64,000 bases of DNA from Thermoplasmata archaeon (GCA_021792255.1 JAJYUZ010000003.1:281032-345031), one strand, 5' to 3'; counted from the stretch's first letter, positions 47,869-58,664 are shown. Made by a program: numbers and translations. The notes: a model not told the origin generated them from the sequence alone.

Positions 47869-47870
47869 TT

Positions 47871-48128
47871 CTACAACTTCCTGATTTTGTGCACCACGTT
47901 GAGGTCGTACTTGCTTTCCACTAACTCGAATTTACTCGTTTCCAGAATCGTGTTGAACGTTTCATCCTGAAGTACCCATTTATCTTTTGGCACGATCAGC
48001 ATCAGGGTCTGACCTGGCTTGAGTTCCCTAGAGGCAAGTCTGATCGCCCCCTTGATGTAAATGTATGGCTCTCCACAATTTAGGGCCCTCAGATCCTCAA
48101 CCCTGTCCGCTTCGCCGTATGCCTCCAT
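47871..48128 (-). CDS. TusA/SirA-like sulfur carrier
   Basis: DLRALNCGEP, LKPGQTL. Confidence 0.7.
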   Translation of the reverse strand: MEAYGEADRVEDLRALNCGEPYIYIKGAIRLASRELKPGQTLMLIVPKDKWVLQDETFNTILETSKFELVESKYDLNVVHKIRKL

Positions 48129-48159
48129 ACTCTCTAATATCCAACCTATAACTTATAGG

Positions 48160-49050
48160 TTATGTTTCGAGTTTCTTCAATATCTCTTTAGCCTTTAATC
48201 CGAAATTTTTCCTGGTCTCTGCGTCCAAGTCTGTCAGGGGGAAAGGATCCCAAGTTTCCTTGTGGTATACCATTTCAATAAAACCAGCCATAGGAGCTTG
48301 CGGGAAGTCATAAAAGTTGGTAAGCTTCTTGAGTTCTGTAAGGACAGCTTGACTTCTTCTCGCTGCTGCAAAGTCTGAATTTGAGAATTCTTTGTAGACC
48401 CTTACGGAGAGATCTGAGAAGTTTGAGGTTCCGTTTATCCCTCCCGCAGCACCCATTGCGAGTGATGGAAGAAGGAGATCGTCCTGTCCCTGGAATACCT
48501 TGATTTCTTTTCCTAGCGTGTCTAGGATCGTCGAAAAGTTTGAGAAGTTTCCGCTGCTATCCTTCATTGCCGATAACTGGCTGAATTGCCTTTTTAATTT
48601 CAGAACAGTTTGCGGCTCTATGTTGTTATTGGTATTTTGTGGAATATTGTAGATTGTGACAGGAATGTCGATCTGGGAAAGGAGTTTTTCATAATATCTA
48701 TAAATTGATTCCTGCGACATTCTAAGGTAGTAGGGAGTCACAATCGATACGCCATCTACTCCAAGCTCCTTAGCGTATAGACCCATCGTCAATGTTTCGT
48801 CAACTGAATTCCTTCCGATCCCTCCAAGAAGATACATGTTCGGTTTTTTTCTTTCCGTGAAATACTCCAGTATTTTCACATGCTGTTCGACTGACACAAT
48901 TGGAAATGCTCCTGTTGATCCCAACGGGAATACCCCATTAACTCCTATCTTATCTAGAAAATCCATTAGAGCGTCTACGGCATCATAATCGATCGTGTCA
49001 CCCTTCCATGGAGTAACGGTCGGCGTAATTATTCCCTTTAATTCTGGCAT
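48160..49050 (-). CDS. DHDPS/KDG-aldolase family lyase
   Basis: GSTG, TPYY, YNIPQ, Schiff-base KDSSG, GQDD. Confidence 0.9.
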   Translation of the reverse strand: MPELKGIITPTVTPWKGDTIDYDAVDALMDFLDKIGVNGVFPLGSTGAFPIVSVEQHVKILEYFTERKKPNMYLLGGIGRNSVDETLTMGLYAKELGVDGVSIVTPYYLRMSQESIYRYYEKLLSQIDIPVTIYNIPQNTNNNIEPQTVLKLKRQFSQLSAMKDSSGNFSNFSTILDTLGKEIKVFQGQDDLLLPSLAMGAAGGINGTSNFSDLSVRVYKEFSNSDFAAARRSQAVLTELKKLTNFYDFPQAPMAGFIEMVYHKETWDPFPLTDLDAETRKNFGLKAKEILKKLET

Positions 49051-49123
49051 GGATGGTAATATATGCCCTCATTTTTATGTTTACGTAGCTTCCATTCCAA
49101 AATGATTGCCGTTTAATGGAGAA

Positions 49124-51385
49124 TCAAAAATTTTTCTCCATGAACTTGAGACCCTCTTTGTTGTCCTTCCTCATGAATCTTGAAAGTGTCTCAATTTCTT
49201 CGTAATCAAAAACTATCCAAGTGTCATTGTCCACGTTGTACACATACGCATCTGGTTTCATTATGGACTGAGGTTTGTATACTACCGTTGCCGTGACGAT
49301 CCTCGAAGAGGTCTTTTTCTTAAGTTCGTCGGCCGCTGCCTTGAGCGTCTTTCCCGTATCGGCGATGTCGTCTACGAGGAGGATGTACCCCTCATTCTTG
49401 GAGAGGGAAAATTCAAATTCGCTTATGTGAACGTGAGCCTTAGGTATGCCATCGTCGGTGTAATAGCTGGCTCTAAGCGGGTATATCATCCTCACGGAGA
49501 GGAAATCGCTCAGGAGTCGCCCTATGACCATACCTCCTCTCTCTATGTACACGATACTCTCGGGCTTGCCAAATCTGTTCAGGATGTCTGCGGCAAGTTC
49601 CCTTGCATATCTCTTCAGGTCCACAAACTTCAGGGCTTCGAAGTTTTTCTTTTCGCTTTCAAAACGGAATAAGTCAAGCCATTCCTTCGCATTTAGAAGT
49701 ATGTCCTGCAATATTCCAGAGTCCTTCAATTTTCGTGAAATTCTTACGAGTTGGGGAGGAGCCAGTGATGACTCTTCCATTAGTTTATCGTTCTGGAATA
49801 GCTCCTCAGGAGAACCATCGAAGATGATTCCTCCTTCCTTCATCACGATTGCCCTCCTTGTATATTCCGCTACCAATCGCATATCGTGAGTGATTATCAT
49901 TATCGTGACTCCTTCGTTGTTTATCTCCGAAAGCAACTCCATAATTTCTGTGGAGCTTTTGTAGTCCTGTCCCGTTGCTGGCTCGTCCACCATTAGTAGT
50001 CTAGGCTTTGTCACGATTACGCTCGCTAACGCCAACCTTCTCTTTTCTCCTCTGCTAAGAGCGTTTATGTCGTCGTTGAATCTGTCCTTCAGATTCACCT
50101 TCCTCAGGGCATCTTCCGCTAGGGCCTCGTACTTCGTCTTATCAAAAGAAGTATTGACAAGGCTCGAATAAATTTCGTCCTTAACGGTCCCCTGAAGAAC
50201 CTGCTGGTCGGGATTTTGGAAAACATATCCGATGAGTCCACCTGCGGTGTCTCTCCTTCCCTTCTTTGAGATGTCACTCCCTTCGAAAATAATCTTCCCT
50301 GCCCAACCGGACAGATTTCCAGATATTATCTTGGAAATCGTACTTTTCCCCGATCCATTTGGTCCAACGAGGGAAAGAAACTCTCCTTCGTGGACTTTTA
50401 AGTTAAGATTGTCTAGGGCCTTAGTTCCATCTTCGTAATGATACCCCACGTTTTTTATTTCAAGTTGTACCTTTCCTTTCTCCTTCTCGAGCCTGCTCAC
50501 CCTGAAGTCCTTTACCTTTTCCGGAGCAAATTTTTCTCCTATTTCACCAGTTGGTCCGATGAGCTCCATTAGCTCCGGAACTTCGATGTATCTCTTGATG
50601 TCGCTTCTTGAATATATTTTCCCAGGCTCGTCCACGGCGACAACTTCTCCCTTGCTCATCAATGCTACTCTGTCGGCTAACCGCGTCAAGGTTTCCGGAT
50701 CCTGCTCGACAATGATTATGGTGATACCACTCTCCTTCTTCATTGCGAGTATTGCATCGATGACCTCCCCTTTTCCGACTGGATCGAGATCTGACGTTGG
50801 TTCGTCGAGTATCAAGATTTCTGGTTTCATTGCCAGGAAACTCGCAATGACCAATCTCTGTTGTTCTCCCGTTGATAACTCAAATGGAGTCAACTTATTT
50901 GCGCTCTTGAACAAGCTTTTCATTTTGACTACCTCAAGAGCTTTCTTGATTCTCTCCTTTTTTTCATCCTTAGAGAGAGGAATCTTATTGAGATTGAACA
51001 AAAGTTCTTCCATTACCGATCCGTGGGAAAAATAGCTCTCTGGATCCTGCTTAACCAGACCAACTCTGCCTTCATCAATCTTCCTTATTTTCACTACGCT
51101 CTTCTTCCCCGATTTTGACAACTGAACTATTTTTTCTCCGAGTATCTTGACGCTTCCATTCAGATGCTCTTCCTCTTGATATTGAGGTATAGTCAGCTTT
51201 TGAGGAATCAATCCAGCTATCACATAACATAGCGTTGACTTTCCTGACCCCGTGGAACCAGTTATTCCGAATACTTCCCCCTCCTTTATCTTCAGATTCA
51301 CGTTCCTCAGAGTGTACTCTTTCTTTATCCCCGTGAATGTAGGAAAACGCCAAGAAAAATTAGAGATATCTACGGAATATTTCAT
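49124..51385 (-). CDS. tandem ECF-type ABC ATPase fused to a type I phosphoribosyltransferase
   Basis: two Walker A/B sets, QDPE/QNPD Q-loops; C-terminal RGG, LLVDDIADTGKTL, WIVFDYE. Confidence 0.88.
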   Translation of the reverse strand: MKYSVDISNFSWRFPTFTGIKKEYTLRNVNLKIKEGEVFGITGSTGSGKSTLCYVIAGLIPQKLTIPQYQEEEHLNGSVKILGEKIVQLSKSGKKSVVKIRKIDEGRVGLVKQDPESYFSHGSVMEELLFNLNKIPLSKDEKKERIKKALEVVKMKSLFKSANKLTPFELSTGEQQRLVIASFLAMKPEILILDEPTSDLDPVGKGEVIDAILAMKKESGITIIIVEQDPETLTRLADRVALMSKGEVVAVDEPGKIYSRSDIKRYIEVPELMELIGPTGEIGEKFAPEKVKDFRVSRLEKEKGKVQLEIKNVGYHYEDGTKALDNLNLKVHEGEFLSLVGPNGSGKSTISKIISGNLSGWAGKIIFEGSDISKKGRRDTAGGLIGYVFQNPDQQVLQGTVKDEIYSSLVNTSFDKTKYEALAEDALRKVNLKDRFNDDINALSRGEKRRLALASVIVTKPRLLMVDEPATGQDYKSSTEIMELLSEINNEGVTIMIITHDMRLVAEYTRRAIVMKEGGIIFDGSPEELFQNDKLMEESSLAPPQLVRISRKLKDSGILQDILLNAKEWLDLFRFESEKKNFEALKFVDLKRYARELAADILNRFGKPESIVYIERGGMVIGRLLSDFLSVRMIYPLRASYYTDDGIPKAHVHISEFEFSLSKNEGYILLVDDIADTGKTLKAAADELKKKTSSRIVTATVVYKPQSIMKPDAYVYNVDNDTWIVFDYEEIETLSRFMRKDNKEGLKFMEKNF

Positions 51386-51602
51386 TTATGGTATGATAGC
51401 GACATTATAAATTAAAATTTTGAGGAGCCGTCACTTTATTTTAAAGTCAACGAATCCACGTCACGATTTCCAATTCTTTAGATTTGATAGATAAATAAAT
51501 TGTTAAAAGCAAATAATTATAAAACTAAATAGGTCATTTAGGTAGTAATAGAGCGCTATATATTCTCTATATATGGTATGAGAAAACGTATTTATAACCA
51601 TA

Positions 51603-53012
51603 GTGATACAACATTTGATGGTTCAATCAAATAGCGAAAATAATTCTAATCCCGCTAGCGAACCATTGCATTCTGTATCAAATAATTCAGGTAAAGAGAG
51701 CGGGATGAAATACCCTTGGGCAGTTTTTGTTGCTTTAGCAATGGGAATGCTTGTATACGGTGTTGCTGAAAGCTATGGGCCTGTGTTTGCAATAGGGGGT
51801 ATCATACCCGCTCCGTACGCTTTTCTTGGATTCAGCCTTCCATACATCGCCGGAGGTGTAGGAGCGTTGCTATCAGGGGGACTTGCTGATCGCATTGGAA
51901 GAAAGGGCTCCTTCATGATCACATCTGCTATGATTGTGGTCGGTATCGCAATATATCTGTTGGGACAACTAACACCGTCTACGTCTCTGACTTATCTGAT
52001 TGCTCTGATCATTTCATTCGTACTGATAGGAATGGCTGCGATAGGACTTGAAACTCCAATACTCTCTATGATGGCAGAAGCTGTTCCAGCAAAAAACAGA
52101 GGAAGATCTCTTGTAATTGTTCAGAACTTTGGAAACATTGGTGTAGGCATAACGTTCATTCCTCTCTTACTTGGACTTTCTAAAGCTGCAAACGATATTG
52201 CATTAGGACTCCTCTTCTTCGCTCCCTTGATCGCACTTGCTATTGCTTGGAGACTTATGTCTGAATCGGCACCATGGACTGCAATAAAAGGAGGCACGAA
52301 GTCTGATGTGGAGGATGCCTGGGTCGGGCAGGATGGAGATGCGGAAAAAGTTCATGTCTCTGTTGGATTGCCAATGAGATTCCTGATCCTTATTCTCATC
52401 GGAGTGTCTCAGGACGTTGCGTTCGTCTACTTTTCTTACGGCGTCGGATACGATTATTTCTACGGCACAAACGGTATCCTCGCGGCCACAATCCCACTGA
52501 TTGGAGGGCTCACGATGGCAGTAGTGGGAGTAGTCGCTGGAATTCTCTTTGTCGATAGAGTGAGCAGGAAAACGTTCACGATATTCTCATACGGCATCTT
52601 AGTTGGATTTTGGGCGATTCTGTGGGCTTACGAAGCCGCAACTGGCGCAATAAGCGGCCTACTGTTGGTTGCAATATTAACCCTGCTATTCATACCCGGC
52701 GAGATAACGTGGGCAGCCAGAGGAATGCTCGAACCAGAACTGTTCCCCACTCTCAAGAGAGGAACTTACGTTTCGTTGGTCAGATTCGTGGTCTGGGTGA
52801 GCGCGGGGGTTATAACGGGTTCGCTGACTTATCTGGCTGACAACGGTTTCTCCTTCAACGGATCTGCAGCAATAGTGATGGTCGTATTTGTCATTTCCCT
52901 AGCGATGACAGTGTTATGGCAAAGAAGAGGGTTTGAAACAAGATCCTTAAGTCTCTCTGGACTTGACAAAGGCCTCCCCAAGAAATCCGACGGTCTGGAA
53001 ACAACAAAGTAG
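51603..53012 (+). CDS. MFS transporter
   Basis: LADRIGRK, AE..P...RG, PELFPT..RG. Confidence 0.9.
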   Translation: MIQHLMVQSNSENNSNPASEPLHSVSNNSGKESGMKYPWAVFVALAMGMLVYGVAESYGPVFAIGGIIPAPYAFLGFSLPYIAGGVGALLSGGLADRIGRKGSFMITSAMIVVGIAIYLLGQLTPSTSLTYLIALIISFVLIGMAAIGLETPILSMMAEAVPAKNRGRSLVIVQNFGNIGVGITFIPLLLGLSKAANDIALGLLFFAPLIALAIAWRLMSESAPWTAIKGGTKSDVEDAWVGQDGDAEKVHVSVGLPMRFLILILIGVSQDVAFVYFSYGVGYDYFYGTNGILAATIPLIGGLTMAVVGVVAGILFVDRVSRKTFTIFSYGILVGFWAILWAYEAATGAISGLLLVAILTLLFIPGEITWAARGMLEPELFPTLKRGTYVSLVRFVVWVSAGVITGSLTYLADNGFSFNGSAAIVMVVFVISLAMTVLWQRRGFETRSLSLSGLDKGLPKKSDGLETTK

Positions 53013-53115
53013 ACTAACATTTCTTTTTTTTATTTTCTTTTCATAACTTTTAATTCAATTCTGCAACATACGTAGCCAATCTTTTTATCCACACCATGAT
53101 CAGAGCCTTTACCGA

Positions 53116-54357
53116 ATGAAACTCCCGATTTCCAAGAACGTAATTCAAAACAGAATCATACAAACGGTATCGATAGCTGAATTACTGAGAGTGATGGGGA
53201 GATCGGGAATCTGGGTGTACATTCCCATCTATCTACTGAGGGTCAAGAACATCCCTTACTTAGATATCGGAGTCCTTTTCCTCCTCTCGGGAATTGCGGC
53301 CATTCCGGTGAGCATATTCGGAGGAAATCTCATAGACAAGGTTGGGCGGAGAAAAATAGCACTCCTCCTTCCTCCAATGATCTCCGTACTGTTTTTCGTG
53401 ATGTTCGTTGGAATATATTTTGATCTTTCTAACTTCTACATCTACGCATGCTTCGTTTTCTTCGCTGCCGTAGCCACTCTACAATCTGTAGCCGACATGG
53501 TTATAGTCACAGATTCAACTAGCGATGTGGATAGAATCGATGCATTCAGTATGACCAGAATAGGGGCGAATGTTGGGTTCTCTCTTGGTCCCGGAATTTC
53601 TGGCTTCTTGGTTTCGTACAACTATGCGATCCTGCCTCTGATCCCTCTTATTTTGGAGGGTCTAGGATTCTTTCTCTTCTACAAATACATAAATTACAAT
53701 GAAGCTCCTCCACAATCTGAAAAGAGCCTAATCTCGTTCCCCAGAGGGGATAATAGATTTATCATAATTTCAATACTTCTTTCGTTGGCTTTCTTTTCTA
53801 CGGGGCCCTGGGCTTATATCCTTCCCCAGTTCTTTGCTAACGTCGATCTGATTCCCAACACGATCATAGGACTTCTGTTCACCACAAACGGTCTTGTGGT
53901 CGTGGGACTGCAGCTTCCGGTCAACAGGTTATTCTACAGAATGGACGACATGACCAGGGTCTCCGTTGGTCTTCTGATCTATGCCATAACGTTCGCAATA
54001 TTCGGAATAACTAGAAATATAGCCCTTCTGTTTGTGGACGTAGTCTTTCTGACAATAGGAGAGAATGTGATCTCTCCTCCAATGAACTCTGTAATTGGGA
54101 AGATTTCGCCTGAAGGCAGGAGGGGAGAGTATTACGGTGGATTTTCGTTGCTGAGTAACTTTGTCAGCCCCATCTCGCCCATCGTGTATGAAGCAATGCT
54201 TGCGTACTTCTATTACAGCCCCCTATTACTATGGGGAATGATAGGAATGATATGCACATTCCTGGCCTTACTCATTCCCTTGACAAAAAAACTGTGGCGT
54301 TATCAAGAAACTACTTTGTCCCTGACAGACCAAGCTCCTGGTGGCAAGGCGGGATAA
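53116..54357 (+). CDS. MFS transporter (MdtH-like)
   Basis: IDKVGRRK, NVGFSLGP, P..RRGEYYG. Confidence 0.88.
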   Translation: MKLPISKNVIQNRIIQTVSIAELLRVMGRSGIWVYIPIYLLRVKNIPYLDIGVLFLLSGIAAIPVSIFGGNLIDKVGRRKIALLLPPMISVLFFVMFVGIYFDLSNFYIYACFVFFAAVATLQSVADMVIVTDSTSDVDRIDAFSMTRIGANVGFSLGPGISGFLVSYNYAILPLIPLILEGLGFFLFYKYINYNEAPPQSEKSLISFPRGDNRFIIISILLSLAFFSTGPWAYILPQFFANVDLIPNTIIGLLFTTNGLVVVGLQLPVNRLFYRMDDMTRVSVGLLIYAITFAIFGITRNIALLFVDVVFLTIGENVISPPMNSVIGKISPEGRRGEYYGGFSLLSNFVSPISPIVYEAMLAYFYYSPLLLWGMIGMICTFLALLIPLTKKLWRYQETTLSLTDQAPGGKAG

Positions 54358-56000
54358 ACCGATTCCTTCTCTACCCCTAGGAATTCTGATATTTCCTTCA
54401 CCACCTCCTCCTTTCCTTCGCCGGGCACGATGATGACCTTTTTCCCTGATATCGAAGGTACTGGGGCAGCCACCACGTAATCTCTGTTTTCGTACTTCTG
54501 AAAACCGACGGCCAACTCCAGATTCAGGTGAGTGATGTAATTCTTCTTCCCCCTGATGATCCAGGCTCCGCGCGCAAGGTATTCGCCAGACTCCGGAGTT
54601 TTACTGACCTGACTTTTCGTAACGTAATAAACGGATCCGTTTCCGAACTTGGAATTCCATGCCTTTGACATGCACCATGCAAATAGCGCTGCCTCTTCAA
54701 TCCCTTTCTCTGTCGACTCTTTAGAAACCTTCATGACCACCGATGGGGCTCCGTGGATGTCCGCGTGGAAGTACAGATCTTTCTCTCCCAGGTATTTCTT
54801 TACCACAGAGTCATTGGTCTCTGCATCCTTCCCCGAAATCACAAAGTTGCCATCGCTGGTTATGAACCATCTGTAATTGGTGAACACCCTCTTGACTTTC
54901 TTCAATTCAACTTTTTTTGTTTCTCTTTCCGGTTCGATTTTAACTCTCGACAGTCTATCCTTGATTCTCTTGCTCATCCTGAAGTAATCGTCGGCATTTT
55001 CTCCTGCAGTTTCGTTCATCTTCAGTTCTATATTTGTTCCGTCTTCAACGAAAGTGATCGTTTCCTTGTCGTAGTCAATTCTGTACTTTTCCGTATCTAC
55101 CGTTTTCCATTTCTTCAGAAGACGATCCATTCCCCCCAGATGGCTCATGATGAATTCCCCCGAGGCCCTCAGTCTCTGCATCTCCACTGTCATTTTTTCC
55201 ACGTTTCGTTTCATGGCTTCGGTCTTGCCATCCCCTCCGGATTCTTCGCTTTCGTAGATTTTTCTGAGCCCTTCGTCTATGCTCATGACCTCCGGTTCTT
55301 CAACCCTGCAATGACTTTTCCATACGTAGAACTCGTCCTTGTAGATGTAAATCTTACAATCATTGGCACTTCTGTAGATGGCAGAGATCATTTCCTTGAT
55401 CTTTTCCAAATTTGCTAGCACTTCCGAGTTACTTTTGATTGAGTGTCCTAATGCACAGTCTATTTCCTCCCCATACTTGGAAAGCCCGAGTCTCACAGCA
55501 AGTGTTCTCACGGGATCACTGGATGAGGTACCTATCGCAGTTTCAAAGTCGAATTGCTGCGACCTCAGGTCTATGTACTGAGGATATTCATATCGCTCTC
55601 CGACCCTCAGAACCCTACCCCCCCTCTTGCCCTGTTTGCTAGCGTACGCAATCAGTCCGTCCTGAAGCACGAAAAGATTTCCTCCACCCATCAGTTCTAT
55701 CACAAGGGTCTTTGGACCTTCGATCACGAGGATTCTGTCAGTTCCCACTTGCTTTATTTTTGAGACAGAAATATTTTCCAAAGGAAGTGCGTTCTTTTTT
55801 CCCTCTATTAGGTTTTCCTGCGAGAGAAATAGAAATTTGTTGTCTACGAAATTGAGATAGGAAGAATCAATTCCAGATTTCCTGAGCTTTAAGGAGATCC
55901 CGGCATCTCCCTGGTAGTTCTTTTCGATGAACCCTCCTTCATATTTTCCAAGAAAATTTGCGAGTGACATTATTTCTGCGAAGGAGATAGTGCCTCTCAT
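54303..56000 (-). CDS. NFACT / RqcH (ribosome quality control) protein
   Basis: Q.G.DRIL, IELMGGGN, GKDA..ND, FHADIHGAP, VSKTPESGEYL.RG. Confidence 0.88.
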   Translation of the reverse strand: MRGTISFAEIMSLANFLGKYEGGFIEKNYQGDAGISLKLRKSGIDSSYLNFVDNKFLFLSQENLIEGKKNALPLENISVSKIKQVGTDRILVIEGPKTLVIELMGGGNLFVLQDGLIAYASKQGKRGGRVLRVGERYEYPQYIDLRSQQFDFETAIGTSSSDPVRTLAVRLGLSKYGEEIDCALGHSIKSNSEVLANLEKIKEMISAIYRSANDCKIYIYKDEFYVWKSHCRVEEPEVMSIDEGLRKIYESEESGGDGKTEAMKRNVEKMTVEMQRLRASGEFIMSHLGGMDRLLKKWKTVDTEKYRIDYDKETITFVEDGTNIELKMNETAGENADDYFRMSKRIKDRLSRVKIEPERETKKVELKKVKRVFTNYRWFITSDGNFVISGKDAETNDSVVKKYLGEKDLYFHADIHGAPSVVMKVSKESTEKGIEEAALFAWCMSKAWNSKFGNGSVYYVTKSQVSKTPESGEYLARGAWIIRGKKNYITHLNLELAVGFQKYENRDYVVAAPVPSISGKKVIIVPGEGKEEVVKEISEFLGVEKESVYPALPPGAWSVRDKVVS

Positions 56001-56795
56001 TCAGACTCTAATCTCCGTCGCATCATTGTAGGGTGCAAGCGCCCTTATCTTTTCTGTTTTGAGTCCACTCTCACGCAGTGCACCATGGACTGCCTGTATA
56101 GCGAGCTGCGGCGTGTTGTTCACTTTTGAAAGATGAGCCAAGAGAACGGGGGTGTCTTCGTTCACCGCTCTCCTTAATATCTTCGCAGTTTGCTGATTAG
56201 ATAGATGCCCCCGCGCGCCTCTTATTCTCCTCTTCAACATGTCCGGATAGGGACCCTTCTCCAGCATCAAAGGGTCGTGATTTGCTTCTATGAGGATCAC
56301 ATTGCATTCACTGACCCTCTTTTCCAGAAGCGGGTTTGATTCTCCCAAGTCTGTTATAACTGAAGCTTTCCTGTTCCCGTTATGGATGAAATATGCTACG
56401 GGATGTCTGGCGTCGTGAGAAATCCTTACTGCCTCAATCGTCAGATCGCCGATCTCAGTGTCTTCCCCTTCCTTGATGAAATTGTCCAGTTCCACACCCA
56501 TTTCCTGATAACCTCCATATCCGCCTCTCTGTTCCACATAGATATCCGAAGTTTCGTACGTCCCGTATACGGGAACCTGAAAAGCTTTCTTGAAACTGTG
56601 AACTCCTGACGCGTGATCTGAGTGTCCATGGGTTATGAACAGTGCTGCAATTTTCTTTGGGTCAATTCCCTTGGATTGAAGTGCAGCATGGGTTTTCCTG
56701 ACAGAAATACCCATGTCGATTATTATGCAGGTGCTCCCACTACATATTAGACTGGAATTTCCAGAGCTACCGCTTGCCAAGGAAGTAATCAACAT
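56001..56795 (-). CDS. YycJ/WalJ-like MBL-fold hydrolase
   Basis: LASGSSGN, THGHSDH, SHDA, EANHD, GHLSN, HLS..NN. Confidence 0.9.
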   Translation of the reverse strand: MLITSLASGSSGNSSLICSGSTCIIIDMGISVRKTHAALQSKGIDPKKIAALFITHGHSDHASGVHSFKKAFQVPVYGTYETSDIYVEQRGGYGGYQEMGVELDNFIKEGEDTEIGDLTIEAVRISHDARHPVAYFIHNGNRKASVITDLGESNPLLEKRVSECNVILIEANHDPLMLEKGPYPDMLKRRIRGARGHLSNQQTAKILRRAVNEDTPVLLAHLSKVNNTPQLAIQAVHGALRESGLKTEKIRALAPYNDATEIRV

Positions 56796-57134
56796 CTTGT
56801 TTTTCAGAAATGGAATACAATCTCGTTTAAATTTGTTCAGTAATTCTTTACAGAAAACTCTGACCCCTGATTTGAGGGCTTGGGTTTCCTCTAATCTGAC
56901 CTGAAAACTTCCACTAGGAAATTGCTGACCTTCTCAAACATACCCGATGCTCTTTTCCTATCTACATATGTTTGCTTCGCTTTTCTATTATTGGACTTAT
57001 TATGATGAGATTCAATCTCAGAGACGAGCATCAGACTATTATCGAAAGCGGATATATCTAAATTTTCGTAATTATATTTAATTAACACGAAGTAAAATGG
57101 CCATTTTTCAGAGAAAATTTAGAATCCTGCCATT

Positions 57135-58664
57135 TTGGAAAGGATTTTGAATGCAACAGCAATCCGAAAAGCAGTGACAGCTTCTTCTTTGTCCCGTCCT
57201 CATTTGACCAGAGAAGAGAGGAGAAATCGAACTGTTGCTGTCGCAATAGTCATGACCGGAGTAACAATGAGCGCTGTTGACACAACGGCAGTAGTTCTAG
57301 GACTTCCCGTGATGAAGACTGACCTTCATTCAGACTTGTTAAGCATGGTATGGGTGATAATGGCCTATCTTCTCATCACTACCATCTCAACTACCCAGGT
57401 GGGAAGACTCGGGGACATGTTTGGCAGGGTCAGGATGTACAATCTCGGGTTCGCTCTTTTCACAGTCTTCTCTCTGTTTTGCGGCTTCTCACAAAACAGC
57501 ACAGAACTCATCATTTTTAGGATATTCCAGGGACTTGGTGGTGCATTTATTTTCGCAAACAGTGGTGCTATCCTAGCTGATACCTTCCCTCCGAACGAGA
57601 GAGGAAAGGCGTTTGGTTATAATGGCGTAGGATGGTCCCTTGGAGCAATCCTTGGCATACTGGTGGGAGGTGCTTTTGTGACGTTCCTTAGCTGGAGATA
57701 TATCTTTTTCATAAATGTTCCAATAGGCATTGCTGCAACTCTGATCGGCTACTTCATGCTAAAAGAAAAATCACCAAGGATCAAAGAGAGATTGGATTAC
57801 GGAGGACTGATTCTGTTAGGCGCAGGACTCTTCTTCATACTCTATGGTATCTCCAACATAACTGGTTCGGGATGGACGGATTATTCTGGTCTGGAAATGG
57901 CTCTCGGATTGCTCCTCGTCTTTTCATTTATTCTCCTCGAAAGATACATCGAACATCCTCTGCTTGATCTGTCAATATTGAGAAGTAGAATACTGACCGC
58001 ATCAATATTTGCGGCATTCTTTCAGTCACTCGCGACATTCGCAGTGTTGTTCCTAGTAATAATGTACCTTCAGGGTCCGAGAGGTTTCTCTCCATGGAGT
58101 TCTTCTATTCTTCTCATCCCGGGTTACATCTTAGGAGGTGTCGTTGCTCCTTTTTCGGGGCGTCTCTCCGATAGAGTAGGCGCAAGGATTGTAGCAACAA
58201 TAGGTCTCTCGGTGCAGATATTAGGAATCCTGATTTATCTGACTTTTGGTCTATCTACCTCGGTCTATGTCGTAGTTCTTGGAGCGGTAATTTATGGGTC
58301 CGGCAATAGTGCGTTCTTTGCCCCAAACAACAGCGCGGTCATGTCGAATGCTCCTCCCAAGGCATATGGGGTCACAAATGGGCTGCTGAGGACAATTGCA
58401 AACATGGGAATGCTGAGTAGTTTCGCCGTTGCCATGCTTATTGCATCGATATCTATTCCAAGATCATACGCCTTCCAGATATTTGTCGGAGCCGGAAAAA
58501 TAAATGGCAAACTTTCATCAGCTTACATAACTGGGATGCACACTGCCTTGCTTGCTTCGCTAGCTTTGCTCGTGATAGCCATAGTACTTTCAGTCCTGAG
58601 GGGGAAGGAGTCTAGAGATGCCCCCAAGACCATTCAGGGCACTCTGAACAGTAAGACAAGTTAA
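57135..58664 (+). CDS. DHA2 (EmrB/QacA-like) 14-TM MFS efflux pump
   Basis: D.T.V...LP, GRLGDMFGR, WRYIFFINVPIG. Confidence 0.9.
   Translation: MERILNATAIRKAVTASSLSRPHLTREERRNRTVAVAIVMTGVTMSAVDTTAVVLGLPVMKTDLHSDLLSMVWVIMAYLLITTISTTQVGRLGDMFGRVRMYNLGFALFTVFSLFCGFSQNSTELIIFRIFQGLGGAFIFANSGAILADTFPPNERGKAFGYNGVGWSLGAILGILVGGAFVTFLSWRYIFFINVPIGIAATLIGYFMLKEKSPRIKERLDYGGLILLGAGLFFILYGISNITGSGWTDYSGLEMALGLLLVFSFILLERYIEHPLLDLSILRSRILTASIFAAFFQSLATFAVLFLVIMYLQGPRGFSPWSSSILLIPGYILGGVVAPFSGRLSDRVGARIVATIGLSVQILGILIYLTFGLSTSVYVVVLGAVIYGSGNSAFFAPNNSAVMSNAPPKAYGVTNGLLRTIANMGMLSSFAVAMLIASISIPRSYAFQIFVGAGKINGKLSSAYITGMHTALLASLALLVIAIVLSVLRGKESRDAPKTIQGTLNSKTS

Noticed and set aside
54753-55418. 221-aa plus-strand ORF
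   Set aside because: Antisense shadow of NFACT.
56891-57088. 65-aa ORF, possible HEPN-like remnant
   Set aside because: No convincing motif; lies in an AT-rich divergent promoter region.
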